Positions 38,906 to 53,880 of a stretch of 64,000 nt of DNA are shown piece after piece. Location: the NCBI GenBank assembly GCA_013265495.1, contig MU057651.1, positions 558,001 through 622,000 of the forward strand, in the 5' to 3' direction. The notes under the pieces were generated by a model. The model was not told the DNA's origin and did no database searches. It was given only the letters and a program-made list of their open reading frames with translations. Every line of letters starts with the position of its first letter. Position 1 is the first letter of the stretch. A program made the position numbers and the translations under genes. This stretch comes from Vicugna vicugna (lineage: Eukaryota).

Positions 38906-39672
38906 GAAGCCCTGATTTCGACTGTAAAATTTGACCTTCCTTTTTTTGCTCCCCTTTCACCTCCTCTGTACCCACTGGTCTACCTGGTGCAAAACACAGG
39001 AAGTAAGATCTTAAACTCAATGAGGCTGTAGACCTGGTCTTATTTCCTTTGTATCCCCCCAGAGTACACAGCACAGCGGTGCTAAACAAACACTGAAATT
39101 GAATGAGACAGATGTTAACCACAAGTGAAGAGTTAGTGCTGTCTTTAAACGCCTATTAATAACCCACTGCTAATGCCACTGATGAAAGAGACATTAATTA
39201 CCTGGTCTAGGAAAAAGGTTTGAGATTAAAGTCTCAATTCTCTAGACCTCACTGTCAGTTAATCACAAAGCACCCATTAAGCAGGGCCATTGTAGTCAGC
39301 CTTCTGCACTTAGATAGCCAGAGACTGCACTGGCTCCAAACAAACGCTGATGAAATGTTTAAAACACCACAGCTCTCTTCTATATGCAAAAGTCTATTTC
39401 CTGGCAACACATTGTCACAATCCTCAAAGGCTAATTACACAAACTGCTCATGTTTAGAAGCAAGACCATAAAACGCATCTTCAAATGTTTAATGGGTGGA
39501 TAAAGATAAGTGGGTGCAAGTCTAGCAATAAATCTGATACTCTTACTATTTTCCTAGCATTTGGGAAATGTTTGTAGAATGGATGCTAAATGAATAGATC
39601 CTAAATGAAATATTTTTCCAAGAGACTGCTATCCCATAAAGAAAACAAGAACATGATGTCAGAAAACACTTA

Positions 39673-39885
<213 letters not shown>

Positions 39886-40123
39886 TTAAGCATATAATTC
39901 TTTATCTTACTAGGCTCTTTCTCAATGCCACAAACCCATGCTCCCTCTTCTTTGGTCAATCATGAATAAATCATTCACTTCGGATACTTTGGGCAACCAC
40001 CAATGAAGTAAACTTCAGTCAACCCAGGGTACCCATTCTTTGTGGCATAGATGCCATCAAAGAGGAAATGTGATCAATATGAATAAAGGAAAGTAACCAT
40101 CAGAACTGAATGTTAATACTTAC

Positions 40124-40172
40124 CTCTTGTCCTGTGGCAATGTCTAGCGCTGTATAAACAGTACCTGATGCC
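40124..40172 (-). CDS. PAK3: PAK3 coding exon (49 nt): (G)ASGTVYTALDIATGQE, completing the glycine-rich loop
   Basis: Acceptor ttcacag|G, donor GAG|gtaagt; phases match both neighbouring exons. Confidence 0.96.
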
Positions 40173-43100
40173 CTGTGAAGGTGAAAATTATCAAATGAAT
40201 AAGCAATTTAAGTGTTGTCAATATATTTTATTTGGAATAAAATGGAATTATTTTCAGGAGAGGGAAATCAGCCAATTCAAAATTAAAGGATGAGGTACAA
40301 AAGGAACGATCAAACTATCATGATGTATCTCTTTCGGTCAGCTAGGAACTCCAGTCAGATTTTCTGTGTGCCATGGAATTCATTCAGTAATGAATTAAGC
40401 AAAATGATCTTGCTCCTTTTAGGAAACTCCTGGAATATTTTGAAGACTCCTTGAATGGTGCACAACCAATGTTGCAGTCCTTGATTAAACACTTTAGGAA
40501 AGACTTTAGCATCTTTTGCTCAGGCCACTGTGAATTCATCTTTGCTTTCAGCATACCGACAGAGTGGCTTTCTTCAAATATTTATAAGTGGTAAGAATAT
40601 CTTCATCTAACAAGTCACCCCAATGCTGTACTTACCTGTACTGTAGCTACACAGAACAGTAACAATGTGGCTTTACCGTTGAGCCATTTTGTTTTCTTTT
40701 TGTTCAATTTCTCAGCCGCTTCCTCTCTTTGGTTTCACTCCAGTCCACTATCATTTTGAAAGCTATCACTCCTTAAGTCTTGGTAGTACTCATGCTTCTA
40801 TTCTAACTTCAATTACAGGGTCCCCTTGCTTTGAAAATAGAAATTGTCTAGTAAAGCTAAATTTGCAGCAGTAACTGTGAAACACACACACATTCTGAAC
40901 CACCTTCCCACCGCCATCCCCAGAAAGAGGAAACGCCTAGTCAATTTCAGTGACACCTTGGTGGTGAGTAAAGGAGTTAGGATAGAGATCATTTCTGTGA
41001 TTCAGCAGGCATTGTAATGCCCCAATGTTACTATCTAAACTTTCTGGTAATTGTCGTTTCTCCTTTGCTTTCTATTTATCTTCCTCGCTGTTTTGCTTTC
41101 TTTCCTTGTGTCAGCCTTTTCCTTGTTATTCCTCTCTTCTTTCTCCCTGGATCAGCCAAACAATTTCTCACAGGCCTAGGGAGTTTACAGTACCTGCTTC
41201 TAGGGAATAAAATGGGTACTTTGGTAGAAGGAGTATTTGACTGCTAATAGAGATCTGGATTCAAACATTGCCCTAACATCAACAAGCTCTGTGATCTTGG
41301 GCTGGTCACTTCCCCCTCCTGCGTTTCAGTCCCCTCACTTGGAAAACATATATTGAGCATGTAGTGTGTGTCAGACACTACACTAAGAACTTGATATAAA
41401 TTATCTTATGCTCCTCTTACTATATTTCCGTAAGGCAAGGGCTTTTATCCTCATGTTACAGGTGAGGAATCTGAGGCTCAGAGAGGTTAAGGAACCTGCC
41501 CAAAGTTGTATAGTATATAATCCAAGTCCATCTGACTCTCCGACCTATAGAATACAGGAAAGGGGCTGCTTCATTTCGAAGGTTCTTTTATTTTATGATC
41601 TAAAATCTACAAACTCTACTGTTCTCCTCGCTCAGAGTGGGTATTTAAATATCTATTGGAACTAAACTGAAAAAAATCACACTTAATTAATAAATGCTAC
41701 CTAAATTTGGCAATTTCAGAAATTTCTTAGGTTTAAGGCTTATATGAAACAAATCAGTCTCTCAATTTTATGTTTGAGATTCAGGGTTCAGGTCACAGAG
41801 TTGGTGTTCAAGAAGTATTTGTTGACAAAGTGCCTGGATTTCAATCTAGGTTTTACTAGTTGTTGGTGATGAAATTAAAATAAATTTTGTAACTATGCAT
41901 TCCCCCCAAAAAAAGAAGTATTTGTTGAATGGATGAATTAATAAAAGTCTTTCCAAGCAAACATGCAATTGTAATAAAACTTTTCCTTTCTGGGTAGGAA
42001 ACATTTCTAGTTAAATCTACAGAAAATACTTCCTTCTTAGAATAAGCTATCAGACATTCCTGATTTTAGGGGCCAGTTTGTGATTTGTCCTTCTGAACTC
42101 AGAATTGCCTGGGTTCAAAAGAATACCTGGTGTGTATTTCAGCTGCACAATCCCTGAGCGACTGCTTAAATCTATTTGCAGAATGATTCAAAAATGCCTT
42201 TACTTGGTTTATTCCTGTATATGTAGGCAATTTGTACAATTCCTTCTGATGCAAAAAGGGGATGGCCTCTGCAAAATGAATATCTACCCCATAGGGCTAC
42301 AGAGAATCAAATAGCACAATCTATTATGCACAGATCTGAGTTGATGCTGAATGTGGTAACTGCTATTATTATTATTTGATGTTGTTGCTGCTGTTACTGG
42401 TTTCACAGTAGAGGATGACTGATTCAATGGGTTGTTAGTTGGTTCTTCCCAATCTCTAGCAAGAACATCATTACTAGAGTCTGCCTCTATTTTCAAAAAG
42501 GCCAAAGGCCAAAGGTGGCCTGCTAGAACACTTTTTAGAGATTCCTTGTCCTTTTTTTTTCCTTAGTAAAGTGTTTTTGTCTTTTTCTTTGTTTAGGATG
42601 CCTTTCTCAAATGAAGTCATATGCAGAAACTCTCAATATAAAATGGGAGCTGCTCCATTTAAAGCTGGAGAGGGAAGCCCCAAATTCTTGCCCAAGTGGC
42701 CTTCCCCTTATTCACCACCTTTGCGCCCTACACCCAAGTCCATTTCCACCATCCTAGGAGCTAACATTGTAATCGACCTGGAGTGCAAGGGGGATTAGTC
42801 TTTAACATCTCCAGAGCTTTATCTTTCAAATCCTTGTTTTGTTTTTTTAACTCCTCACCTCCTCCTTCAACATTTCATTGTCTTAAAATTGTTCGAGTAG
42901 TAACTCTGGAATCCAATAGCCTGGGTTTTATGGCCTTCTGTGGTATAGAATTGCCACAAATCCCTAATCCACAGAAGTTTAAGTACTCTGAAACTCTAGA
43001 ACACAGGTTATTAACTCAAAACCGAGCTTTTCTCCTCACTGCCCCTCCCCGCACCTTACTGCATATATGCCCCTTGTCCAGTGGGAGCCATTTTCCCCTT

Positions 43101-43974
43101 CCCCCCACCGACTCATAAAATGATGATATCCTCCTCTACCCCACTTTCCACCGCCCATCCCCACACCAAACATGTTAGGCATTTGAAACTCACTGCTCTG
43201 ACCAGTAAATTATTGACTGGCCCAACTTCCAGCCTTTGTAGACTCCTCAGCACAAATGCACACACTCAGGTACCAATCTGCCGAGCAAAGCTTAGTGCCC
43301 TATCTCTGGCTCAATCTTAGCACTCTGAGCACTTCTCTGCACCCCAGTGCTGATGCCTCTCCATATTTCAGCAATTTAAGAGTCAACTGCCTATCTACAT
43401 AAGCAACTTGTACAATTTCTTCAGATCCTCTTTCTCTTATTCACCTATTAGAGCATTCTCTTGGCCCACCGTATTAAGCAAAAATACATATAAATGCTAC
43501 TTTGAGCTTTGGATTAGATATATAGTGTAATCACAAGTTGATATAATTCTAGCTAAAAGGAAATATGTGTAATATTTTAATTAGTTTCATCTTAAGTAAA
43601 TATCAAATGTCTGTTATGAATTTGAAACATCAAGCTATCTTCAAAACTCCCAGATACTTAAAAGATTTCTAGCTAAAAATTTAAAAATTAAAATTAAAAA
43701 AAAAGATTTCTGGTGATCCACAGATAACAATTTGGGAACTTAATGAATATATTAGGCAGCAATCAACCTAATAATAGTAACTATGGTTACTGTTATTATT
43801 TATTAGGCAATTACTATATGCCAGAACTGGTTTTAAACACTGTACACATTTAATCCTCCTTTAATTCTGAGCCACAAAGAGGTTAAATTATTTACCCAAG
43901 GTCACACAACTAGGAACTGGTAAGATTTGAACCCGGGGAGGGTTGGGTAGATGAGGATGAGGACTACTCCTTCT

Positions 43975-44480
43975 TTTAATCTTTCTGTTTTAATTGAAGT
44001 GTAGTCAATTTACAATGTTGTGTCAATTTCTGGTGTACAGCAAAATATTCAGTTATATATATATATATATATACACACACACATATGAAACATATATATA
44101 TATTCCTTTTCATATTCTTTTTCATTATAGGTTATTATAAGATACTGAATATAGTTTCTTGGGCTATAAAGTAGGTCCTGTTATTTATCTATTTTATATG
44201 TAGTAGTTAGTATCTGCAAATCTCAAACTCCCAATTTATCCCTCGACACCCCCTTCCCCCTTTGGTAACCATAAATTTGTTTTCTATGTCTGTAAGTCTA
44301 TTTCTGGTTTGTAAATAAGTTCCTTTGTATCACTTTTTCAGATTCCACATATAAGTGATATCGTATGATATTTGTCTTTCTCTGTATGACTTACTTCTCT
44401 TGGTATGATAATCTCTAGGTCCAGCCATGTTACAGCAAAAGATATTATTTCATTCTTTTTTATGGCTGAATAGTATTCTC
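43975..44480 (-). mobile_element. L1 3' end (artiodactyl/camelid type) containing a (TA)n(CA)n microsatellite
   Basis: gattccacatataagtgatatcgtatgatatttgtctttctctg... is antisense L1 3' UTR; microsatellite at ~44054-44102. Confidence 0.85.
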
Positions 44481-46586
44481 TACAGGTATCTTTATAAAAT
44501 CTATCAGTCACTTGAATAGAAAAAAGTCAGTATCATGTAGCATTTGGGACGTAAGGATGGCAGAAATGAAATTGACCAAGATGAGAGTTGAAACTCCTAA
44601 TCTTCTGGTATTTTGGGGTTGGTATGCTAAAATGGTCAACATTGTCAATTTAATTTTTATACCATTTAATTATATTGATCCCTTTTATCCTTCCATTCCA
44701 GTTATACTGAAGCTAGATTGCTATAGGGAGAACATTTATTTATGATGGGGACTTTGTTGATTCTAAACCTCGGCCCTTCAGGTGGTATAAAGAAATCATG
44801 CATTGCTCAAGGGAATATAAGGATCATCCAGATTAACCTCCTTACTACAGATGAGAAATCTGAGGGTAAGAGAATAGGAGAGATATGCCCAAGATGACAC
44901 AGCTAGTAACAAAATTCTTCTAACTCTGAGCAAGAGATCTTTCAGTGAAACTATACTATGGTTCAAGAATATTAAATCAACAGACTGCTCAACCATTGGG
45001 CCTCATCAGCAATTACAGTGTGATGTGTACTGCTGGGTTCTTGGCATCACATTAGATGCTTTATCAATAGTTTTTCTCTGACCTGGCCAAGCACTTAACA
45101 CTCAAGTGGAAACACTGGCATCTAGCTAAAGGGTCTAGAAACAAACAATTCACCATTTCTCCCTTTTCCTCCCAAGACAAGTCACTTTCATTATCAGCAA
45201 TCTTCATCAGGTTTTGATGTTTCCTGCTCAGACCCAATGGCAAGCTGTGATCATGGGTGGTTGCCAAAGCAGCAACATGGTAGGACTTATAATGTAGATA
45301 AATCACTCTGATTTTAGCATAGAAATGGATTAGAGGAGGAAAAGAAGGGCAAGCAAGTGAGGCTAGGAAGAAGTTCATGGCCTAGGAGAAAAAACGAAGG
45401 GCAAGAGACTGGAGGACTCAATGGGTCCAAGGAGAGCCCTGTGGGAATAAGAGTGAGGGAATCAGAGGATAGGGCATTGTTCACATTTAAGGTTTTATAA
45501 GTATGAATCTGGCGCTGATGAGATCACAGTCATGGGTTTAATCCACATTTAGGATGGTTCATTTTCACTTCGATTTCTACTTTTACTGCTGCTGCTAGAA
45601 AAGATGGTATCATTTGTGGAGCCTTACTTTCTACCTGCTCTCTAAATGGATGAGTTCACTGAATGCTCATTCTGTACAACTCTATGAGGTAAGTTCTATC
45701 ATCTTCATTGTACAAAAGAGGAAATTCAAGCCGGGAAATGGTAAGTAGCTGGCCCAAGGTTACACAGTTAGTCAGCAGCTGAGATAAAAAAATGCATTGG
45801 TTTGACTTCATAGCCCGTGCTCTTATCCACCATTTCATGCTCTGTTACAGATCTTTAGCAATTTTACATCAATGTTAAGTGCAACTGTGGTGCTACCCAA
45901 GTCCACGTTTGCTAAGCTGCTTCCGTAAAATATGCCTCTTGCGTCTAATTCTCTACTCACTTAGTCCATGTGCCCCCTTATGAACCATTTAGTATGTTCC
46001 TGGACATGGTAAATTGATTCCTTTGGCATAATCATACAAGGTGATTCTTCTGTTTTCTGAATCACTTAAGACTGGTCATGTGGCCAAGAGTGAACTGGGC
46101 CTAGAATTAGTTCTTAGGACTGGACTTTATCTTCTTCTAAGTACTTAAGATACAATTACTACTTGTAGATCCCTACGTAGAAATTGTCTCACTAGATTAA
46201 TGCACTTGCCATGAAAATACACAGATATCATATTTTTTAATACTACTATACATTTACTTGTTTTGTTGAGACATATGTCCTTTAGAGCTCAGGAATGTTG
46301 ATGAATAGTATTACTGTTACATCCATAGTGGAAGAGATCCAGAGTGTTTTCTGTAATTTGCCACTCAAAAATACATCACTAAATTTTTAAAAATATGCAA
46401 AAATCATGTTATCTCAGTATCTTTCTAAGTACACAGAATGGAGTCAGGGCCAGATGGTATAGTCTTTAATTATTAGGATTATAAATAGGAACAGGGAATT
46501 TTTGGTTCTTTAGCTAGGGCATGACTTTTCCCAGAGTATTCCTGGTCATCTAATTTTAAATAGAGCTGTAACACATTATGGGTGTG

Positions 46587-46760
46587 TGGCCAGGGAGCTC
46601 AGAGGGTTATACTCCAGTGATGAAGTCACATTTACAGGGCTTAATCTCTGGAAAGGCCAGATAACTCTCAACTACTCACTCCAACAGTAAGTCTAAGCAG
46701 CTGTTTCCCAGTGTGTGCCATCGGTTTCAAGAAGTCCTAGACAGGAAAGGGGGACAGGTG
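46587..46760 (+). mobile_element. Ancient tRNA-derived SINE (MamSINE1-like); second head fragment at ~45495-45570
   Basis: ggccagggagctcagagggtta...ggccagataac...tgtgtgccatcggtttcaagaag resembles the MamSINE1 consensus as recalled. Confidence 0.5.
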
Positions 46761-47814
46761 GCTTAATACAAGCTCATTACTCTGGCTGGAAAAAACAACT
46801 TAAAGTGCAAACTCTGCTAATGGTGGTTGATTGAGTGGCATCATCTTTCTTTACAAGGGACAGCGTACAACACAGTGCATTTAAGGGCATTAAGTAGAAC
46901 AAAGAGCATCTTCCATTGCTCCATAAATATTTTTCTTCACAAATGCTAATGTATTTCCAATCCCCTTCATCACAAAGCCTATTGTGAAGCTCAGACTACA
47001 TCTATTTAGTGTTCTTTCTTGTATGGCCCAAAATAGATCTAATGAGGAAGCAAATACTTTTTGGGTGGGTGGTCTTACCCAAAGAATCACTTCTGTAAGT
47101 GCTCTAGACACCGCTTCTGCTCTTGCCCATAGTTTCTTGAACAAAGTAAAAATGTGTCAGGGGTTTTATTCTCAGCAAGTATCCCTGAGTTCTATGCTGT
47201 ACCCTGCTTTGTCAGGTTTGCAAAACAAGCTGTTATTCATCACGTCCTTTAAGAAACAAGTTTCGAAAACATTCATCTTCCATATAGGAACGTCACGTTA
47301 GAGCAAGAAGAAGAGGGTTCCTCACTATGTAGCAGAGATAAGTCTGAAAAATACCTAACATGATATAGTTCCTTCCTCAAGTATTAAAACTAAAACTAAT
47401 TTAGAAGGATGGGGGCTGTGGGCTTCCAAAAATATTTGTTTGCAGTTACTGATTAATCAATAATATCATTCTATATAATGATATGATTGGCCAAGATCCA
47501 GATGTTAGAAAAAATTCATTTGGTTGGATGTATATCTTTATGCATAGGAGGAAAATGATCTCAAGAAATGTTCCCATTGTCACTTACTGGCAAATTTAGC
47601 TGCATGGCTGATCTAATCTATAAAGAGCTATGACATGCAACAAAGATACTTTGGCATACTACAGACATGGACTCTATAGGCCCCTGAATTCTTCAGGACA
47701 GGTTTCTGTTTTGACTAATAATTTCTTGTTAGAGTTCCTTTCTCAAACACTTTAGCCTTTGAAAATCAGTGTAGGGAAAGTTTTTTCTTATAGTACTATA
47801 ATTCCAAATAATTC

Positions 47815-48260
47815 AACAGTTTTGCTGGCAAGAGTGTGGGCAAACATGCGCCCTCATACATTGTTATGTTTTTGGAATGTTAAATGGAACAACCTCTCTG
47901 GAGGGCAACTTGGAAATGAAAAATGCACATAATCCTTCTATGTAACAATTCCACTTTTAGGAATTTATTCTCATGATAAATTTGCATACATATGAGATGG
48001 CTTATTTGTCAGGCTCTTCACTGAAGCCTTGTTTATAGTAGCAAAATATTGGAAACAAACTAAATACCTATCCATGCGGGCCTAATGAAATAAATTGTGG
48101 CACATCAAACAACAAAACACTGTGCATCTGTTAAAAAGAATGAAGTACCAACATGGAACCATGTCTAAGACAGAAGCACATAATAGAAAAGGAGATACAT
48201 AATGTATTACCATTTGTGTTAAAAATACACTCACAGCACATACACACACACAGAAATGGA
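47815..48260 (+). mobile_element. Old L1ME-like fragment
   Basis: ctggagggcaacttgg...gcaattccacttttaggaatttattc...gtttatagtagcaaaatattggaaacaaactaaat; boundaries are approximate. Confidence 0.7.
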
Positions 48261-48657
48261 CCATATATGTTCCCAAACAAGGTAAGGCATTCCCCCAACC
48301 AATTTTTAGCTCAGGGAAAAAAGGGAATTGCCTTATATTCAAATCCTTATAAAATCTCTCATGTAATGTGGTAATTCTCCATATTCATTAATTTTTATCC
48401 ACAAAGTACTGCTTGGGAGAAATATGTTAGGTTGAAATATTCTCAATCGGTGTTAGTTTTGGATGCTTATAAAGAATATCTGTCAGAATTGGAAGGAAAG
48501 GATGTAAATAAATTATTTCTAAAGGTATGACCTCATAACTGAAGGTGTTAGATAACTGAACGAGCTTTCTAAAGGTCACTTTCAAAATTAATGCAGTGAA
48601 AAGGGCTCCCATTAGCAAAAGATGGGCCAGTTTGACCACCAAAAACAATTATAAATG

Positions 48658-48805
48658 GATCTTGTGGTAGCTCACAGCGAAAAAAAATGTGACAATGAAT
48701 ATATGTATGTTCATGTATAACTGAAAAATTGTGCTCTACACTGGAATTTGACACAACATTGCAAAATGATTATAAATCAATAAAAATGTTAACAAAACAA
48801 AGCAA
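48658..48805 (+). mobile_element. Young camelid-type L1 3' tip with 11-bp TSD
   Basis: gacaatgaatatatgtatgttcatgtataactgaaaaattgtgctctacac...aataaaa; TSD aattataaatg at 48647-48657 and 48806-48816. Confidence 0.82.
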
Positions 48806-49283
48806 AATTATAAATGAGATTATTTGAGACAAATTGAAAATATAACAACCCCTGAGTTTATAAAGTATTTTTTTAAACAAAAGAGAATGCCTCTCTCTTC
48901 CACTTAAAAAAAAATCAAAACACCTCTCATTGGACAATTTTGGAAGTAGCTTGGTTATACATATCTTACATTGAAAATTGGCAATTAAAAAGTTAAGCAT
49001 TTATCTTGATTTCTCTATATGAACTATGTTTCAGGGTAACCAGACTCCCTAGCTGAACAAAGTTCTTTTCAACAAAGTTATTCTAACTGATAGGTGTGGG
49101 AGGAGTGATTACAGTTAGAAAATCACCGTTTTATAATCCCTAATGAACTAATTGATTTGGGCAATAATCATCAATAGATGAAACCATTAGATGAAAGGCG
49201 GATGATGAACTTTGCACTGGAGGATACAACCGCTCACTGAATCTTCTGATCAATCTACTCTTCATTAAAATATGGGACAATCA

Positions 49284-49490
49284 AACTACTATATATGAAA
49301 TAGATAAACAAGTTTATACCGTATAGCACAGGGAACTATATTCAATATCTTGTAGTAACTTATGGTGAAAAAGAATATGAAAACGAATATATGTATGTTC
49401 ATGTATCACTGAAACATTACGCTGTAACCAGAAATTGACACAACATTGTAAACTGACTACACTTCAATAAAAATGTATATGAAAATAAAA
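49284..49490 (+). mobile_element. Young L1 3' tip with 18-bp TSD, nested in an older L1M relic (~48820-49980)
   Basis: Perfect TSD taaaatatgggacaatca at 49266-49283 and 49491-49508; sequence is related to the 48658 copy. Confidence 0.87.
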
Positions 49491-52400
49491 TAAAATATGG
49501 GACAATCAGATACTGCATGCCTCCTGGTGTAATATGAAACACATGGCACCACCACCTATGAAGAAATCCTGCCAAAAATTGAAACTGAACCTAATTAAGC
49601 TTCTAGATCTAACTTCCATTTATAGGGAAGATGCTGACTAGTTTCCTCAGTAAGTTAATGGTAGTAAAAAAAAAGAAGGGAGATACTTTAGAGTAGAGAC
49701 TTAAGAGACACAACCAAATGTGATATGTGAAACTTTTTTGGATGCTGGTTTGAACAAATTAACCATAAAAACTTCATTTTTGAGACAAGTGGACAACTCC
49801 AATCATAGACTGGGTGCTAGATGTTAAACTTTTGTAGGTGTTATAATGACATTGTGATTTATGCTAAAAACATTGATAAATGCTGAATTTGGGTGATAAG
49901 AATATGGGAGGCCTTGTGCTATTCTCTCTACTCTTGTATAAGTCTGAAAATTTTTAACAGAAATTTTAAAAAGTGATATAGTAGAGTTATGCTGTGAAGA
50001 TCTACATAGACACCTCTAAGACAGATTCAGAAAATAATCATCTTAATGTCGTATAAATGGGTAGTGGTAACTAGGAACAAAATATCCAGGGACAGAAACA
50101 TATGTAGCTTCAAAAAATAGTTTATCTTAAAGAGCTTAGATGGAAATCAGATGTACATATGTACTTAGATAACTGCTAGGAGACTCAAAAAGGGACTCTG
50201 GGGTCACAAAAACAATGATGTTAAAGATGCATAGGAAGATTTTGAATTATACAGCTCCTGAAATGTGAGAGTAGAAAAATCTCTTCTAATGTATACTTTA
50301 TTTTATACACTGTGTGGTTTGAAATATGTAAATAAGAGTGAATTAACAATTCAACATCATAAGTAAATATTCACCATTTGTTTATATAGCTAACAGTTTG
50401 TGTATTCAGGTGAGTCAAACGTGTGTCCCCCAACGTCTGAGAATACATGGTGTGTGTGAAGCACATGCACATGTGTGTGTAGGTATATGCACAGAGAATC
50501 TATGAAAATATTATAGAAGGAACCAGAAACAACCTCTTTCTGGAGGTTTCCTTTGTGCAGGGTAACCGGGAGGCTGAAGGACAAGGGTTGGAGGGACACT
50601 TACTTTGCACTGTCTACTCCTCTGTACCTTCTGAATGTTATACCACATCCAAGCATTATCTACTTAAAAGGGTTAAACTCAAACAAATAAAAAATACAGT
50701 ATTGTTTGTACCTCTTAATTTGCTTCCTAACACAGCCCCAGCAGATCCTTCTAGCATTATTTCCTGTTAACTCCCCTGCCAAACTTCCGAATGGCCAGAG
50801 AACCAGAACTATTGATTTAATCTTTTCAATATGCACTCATCCAATACTTGCTGAGTTTTTATTCTATGCCAGACACCATTGAAGGCCCTAGGGATATCAA
50901 AATGAATGAAACCTACAGTCTGAAGCAAGTGTTCATTTGGTTTTTTTCAACTGAAGCTTTCCATAATCCTCACTTGTGAAGTTCTGAAACTTCCCATAAT
51001 CCCGTCTCATTAAGCTCCACATCTTTTCAAGTCATCATTCAAGTACACCCTCCTCTATGAATCCTTCATCTTACTGCCTCCCTGGCTATAAATGATTTGT
51101 CCCTCCTCTCTGTCCCCATAGCTCTTTGTAATTACATTATAATATTTACTGTATTCTGCTCCATATAATAGTCATGGTCGGCGTGTCTTTTATCCCTAAG
51201 TATAACTAGCATTTACTGATCACTTCACTCTGTGCCCTGTACTGTGCAAAGCACTTTAAATACCTTGTCTCATTCATTTCTCACAACCTTTATGAGGTAC
51301 GTGAATTATGTTTAGTATGACTGAGAAAACTGATGCTTAAAGCAATTAAATAACTTGCCTACAGTCTTCCGAGTTCAGCATTTGGGCTCTTTCTTTTCCT
51401 TCAAACTCTCCCAAAATTCTCCCTTTATTCCACCATGGTTTTCTAAGTTTCAAGCAATTTTACATGTCTAGACAAGCTGAGATACAAGTGATGTATACAA
51501 GCCGGTGTGGATATAAGACAGTGAAGAAGAGTGTGGATAAAATATGGGGAAAAGGTACATGCATTTGGGAGTATGGGAGGGTCCTGCTTTTTTCTTGATA
51601 CAACTCTCTGTTCAGAGAGCTAATGAGGTCACTGTGATTCCCAGAACCTGGTTCTTCACTATTACTCTGCATTACACACAGTAGGCACTGAACAAGAGTT
51701 TACCAAATTAAACAAGTTATTTGTTAAACTGGCTCCAAATCATCTCCTCTGAGCTGCTTCCTCAAAAATATTTTTCTATTATAATGCTTAAGAGAAAACA
51801 AATAGGAACCTGGAAGAGGAAAAGGGTCTGCTTTTCAGTGCATTTTCACTTAAGGCCTTAAAGTGAATTCAAATATATTAATGAGAAATCTCTTCAGACA
51901 GTTGCCATCGTGGTTAGTAAATTCAGCCCTCTGTTACATTAGCCACTGCTTATTCAGGAATTACACAAGTTTGCCGATGATAGCTGTTGACTGAAAATAA
52001 ATATTTAATTTATTTATTAAACAACTTCTTTTATGTAACTATCCTAGAGAGAATTCTTAAGTGTCCACCAGATATATCTCTGACAAATTCATATTGTAGA
52101 GTCAATGATAATTGGGGTGGGGGGTATTGGCCTGTTTTCTTTCTGTTTTTTTTTAACTTTACATACATCTGCTCAAAATATTTAGATTTGGTGGCCACTA
52201 ACAGAATACTTTTCACAGAAAACCTGGTGAAATAATGTAATTTTTAGCCTTCAACTCACAGCCATGGCCTCAAATGATTAGATGTGCAATTCTGAATTTG
52301 ATTTATGGAGGATGGAGCTCAATTCTCTGGCCCCAGGCCTGAATGCTGGGATGGCAGAAACTCATACTGGAAAAATTTAGTTTTCCAAGTAGATGAGGGT

Positions 52401-53880
52401 GATTAATGAAGAGGTTCCTCTCAAATCTGGCTCCCAAGAGTGAGCTCTTGTGCTCCCTGGAGCTAAAAATGGAATGTTGGGGCTGATTCTGCCTACCACC
52501 AAATGATTACTGACACAGGTTCTAATGTCAACATCATAATAGGTAAAGCAAAACAATAAAAAACTCCAAACTTAATGAAAAGAAAATTAAAATTATATAT
52601 TGAGAGTAGAGCCTAGTTGATCTAACTTGGTTCAATAATTCATGAGAAAATCCATTGAGAGCAATTTAAGTAAAAGGCAAATTAATTTAAATGGGACATT
52701 TTTTGGCCTAGAGAGAATAAATCAGTATTTTGCCCATTCTCTTTAAAAATTAAGAGCAGAGAGCAAAAATCACTAAAAGTAAAAAAAAAAAACAACCAAA
52801 TTAATTAAATGAATGATAAAGTTACAGTAAATAAATAGATTTGTTACTAGATTATATCTTAAAAAGCTATGTGAAAATTCATCTTGATTTTATATGATGA
52901 CCATTTTGGTTGGGGGTGAGTGTGAAAATGGGCAGAAGGTGAAACCAGCATGGATGAAAAAGACAGATGTGCAGCACACACAAATACCCAAAGGATAAAG
53001 AATCCGATATGGTGAGGGTGAGTAGTCATGAGAAACAACTGAAGACACACTGAAAATAAAGAGAAAGAGAAACAGACAGAAAGAGCAAGACAGACATGCA
53101 TACACTCATGAAAAGACAGAGGACAGAGGAAAGTTAAAGCTAGAAGGACAAACATTTTCATTAGTTCAACAAATATTTATTGAGGCAAAAACAGATTCAG
53201 AGAGATGGGGGAGGCAGACAGGGGAAACTCTGTAGATCTCTGAGCTTGGCCAGATGAACTCTGCCTGTTGATTCAAATTGTACAAAATTGTTTTGGGGGG
53301 ACCCACCAAGGACAAAAACACTGTGCTAGACACTAAAGTAGACAAAAGGATGAATAAAAAAGACTTCCTACCCTCTAAAGACTTATTTAAAAGTTGAATG
53401 GGGTCTATGGGTGAACTATCTGCTAGTTTCATCATTCCTCAAAATGACAGACTCTCTGGGAATTTAAAACAGACCTTTCTGCAGTGGCAAGCAGGATTTC
53501 TGCGCTGATTTTTCATTTTTGATTAGAAAGGCTTTACAAAGGTATAAAGGTATGCAGAAATAGAGAACTTTCCTTTTGCACCTTCAAAGGTCGGAAGCAT
53601 AAATAACAACCAAGAGGGGAAATCTCTTTGGTACGCAGAGTTGCTTGTCAGCCTAATCTTTGTTCTTGGAGAAATCAGTCTTGCTTTATTACCTGGTATT
53701 TGGAAGATATTTGAAACCATCTCTTATATTTCCCCTTTTTAAATTCAATGATATTTTTGGCTCATGTAGGTCTTAGTGAGAATGAACAACAGAAACACTT
53801 CACTTCCCACTCCCCAAAAGACAACTCCAAAAAACCCCACATTATATGAATAAATAAATAGCTCCCATTTGAACTTTCAA

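Noticed and set aside
38828..39031. ORF MEVLGIEPRTLCMLS... (and the similar ORFs 57320-57586 and 60278-60526)
   Set aside because: These are antisense translations of the Vic-1-like SINE, not genes.
47458..47489. AT-rich imperfect palindrome caataatatcatt-ctatat-aatgatatgattg
   Set aside because: It is short and very AT-rich, compatible with chance, and too short for a pre-miRNA.
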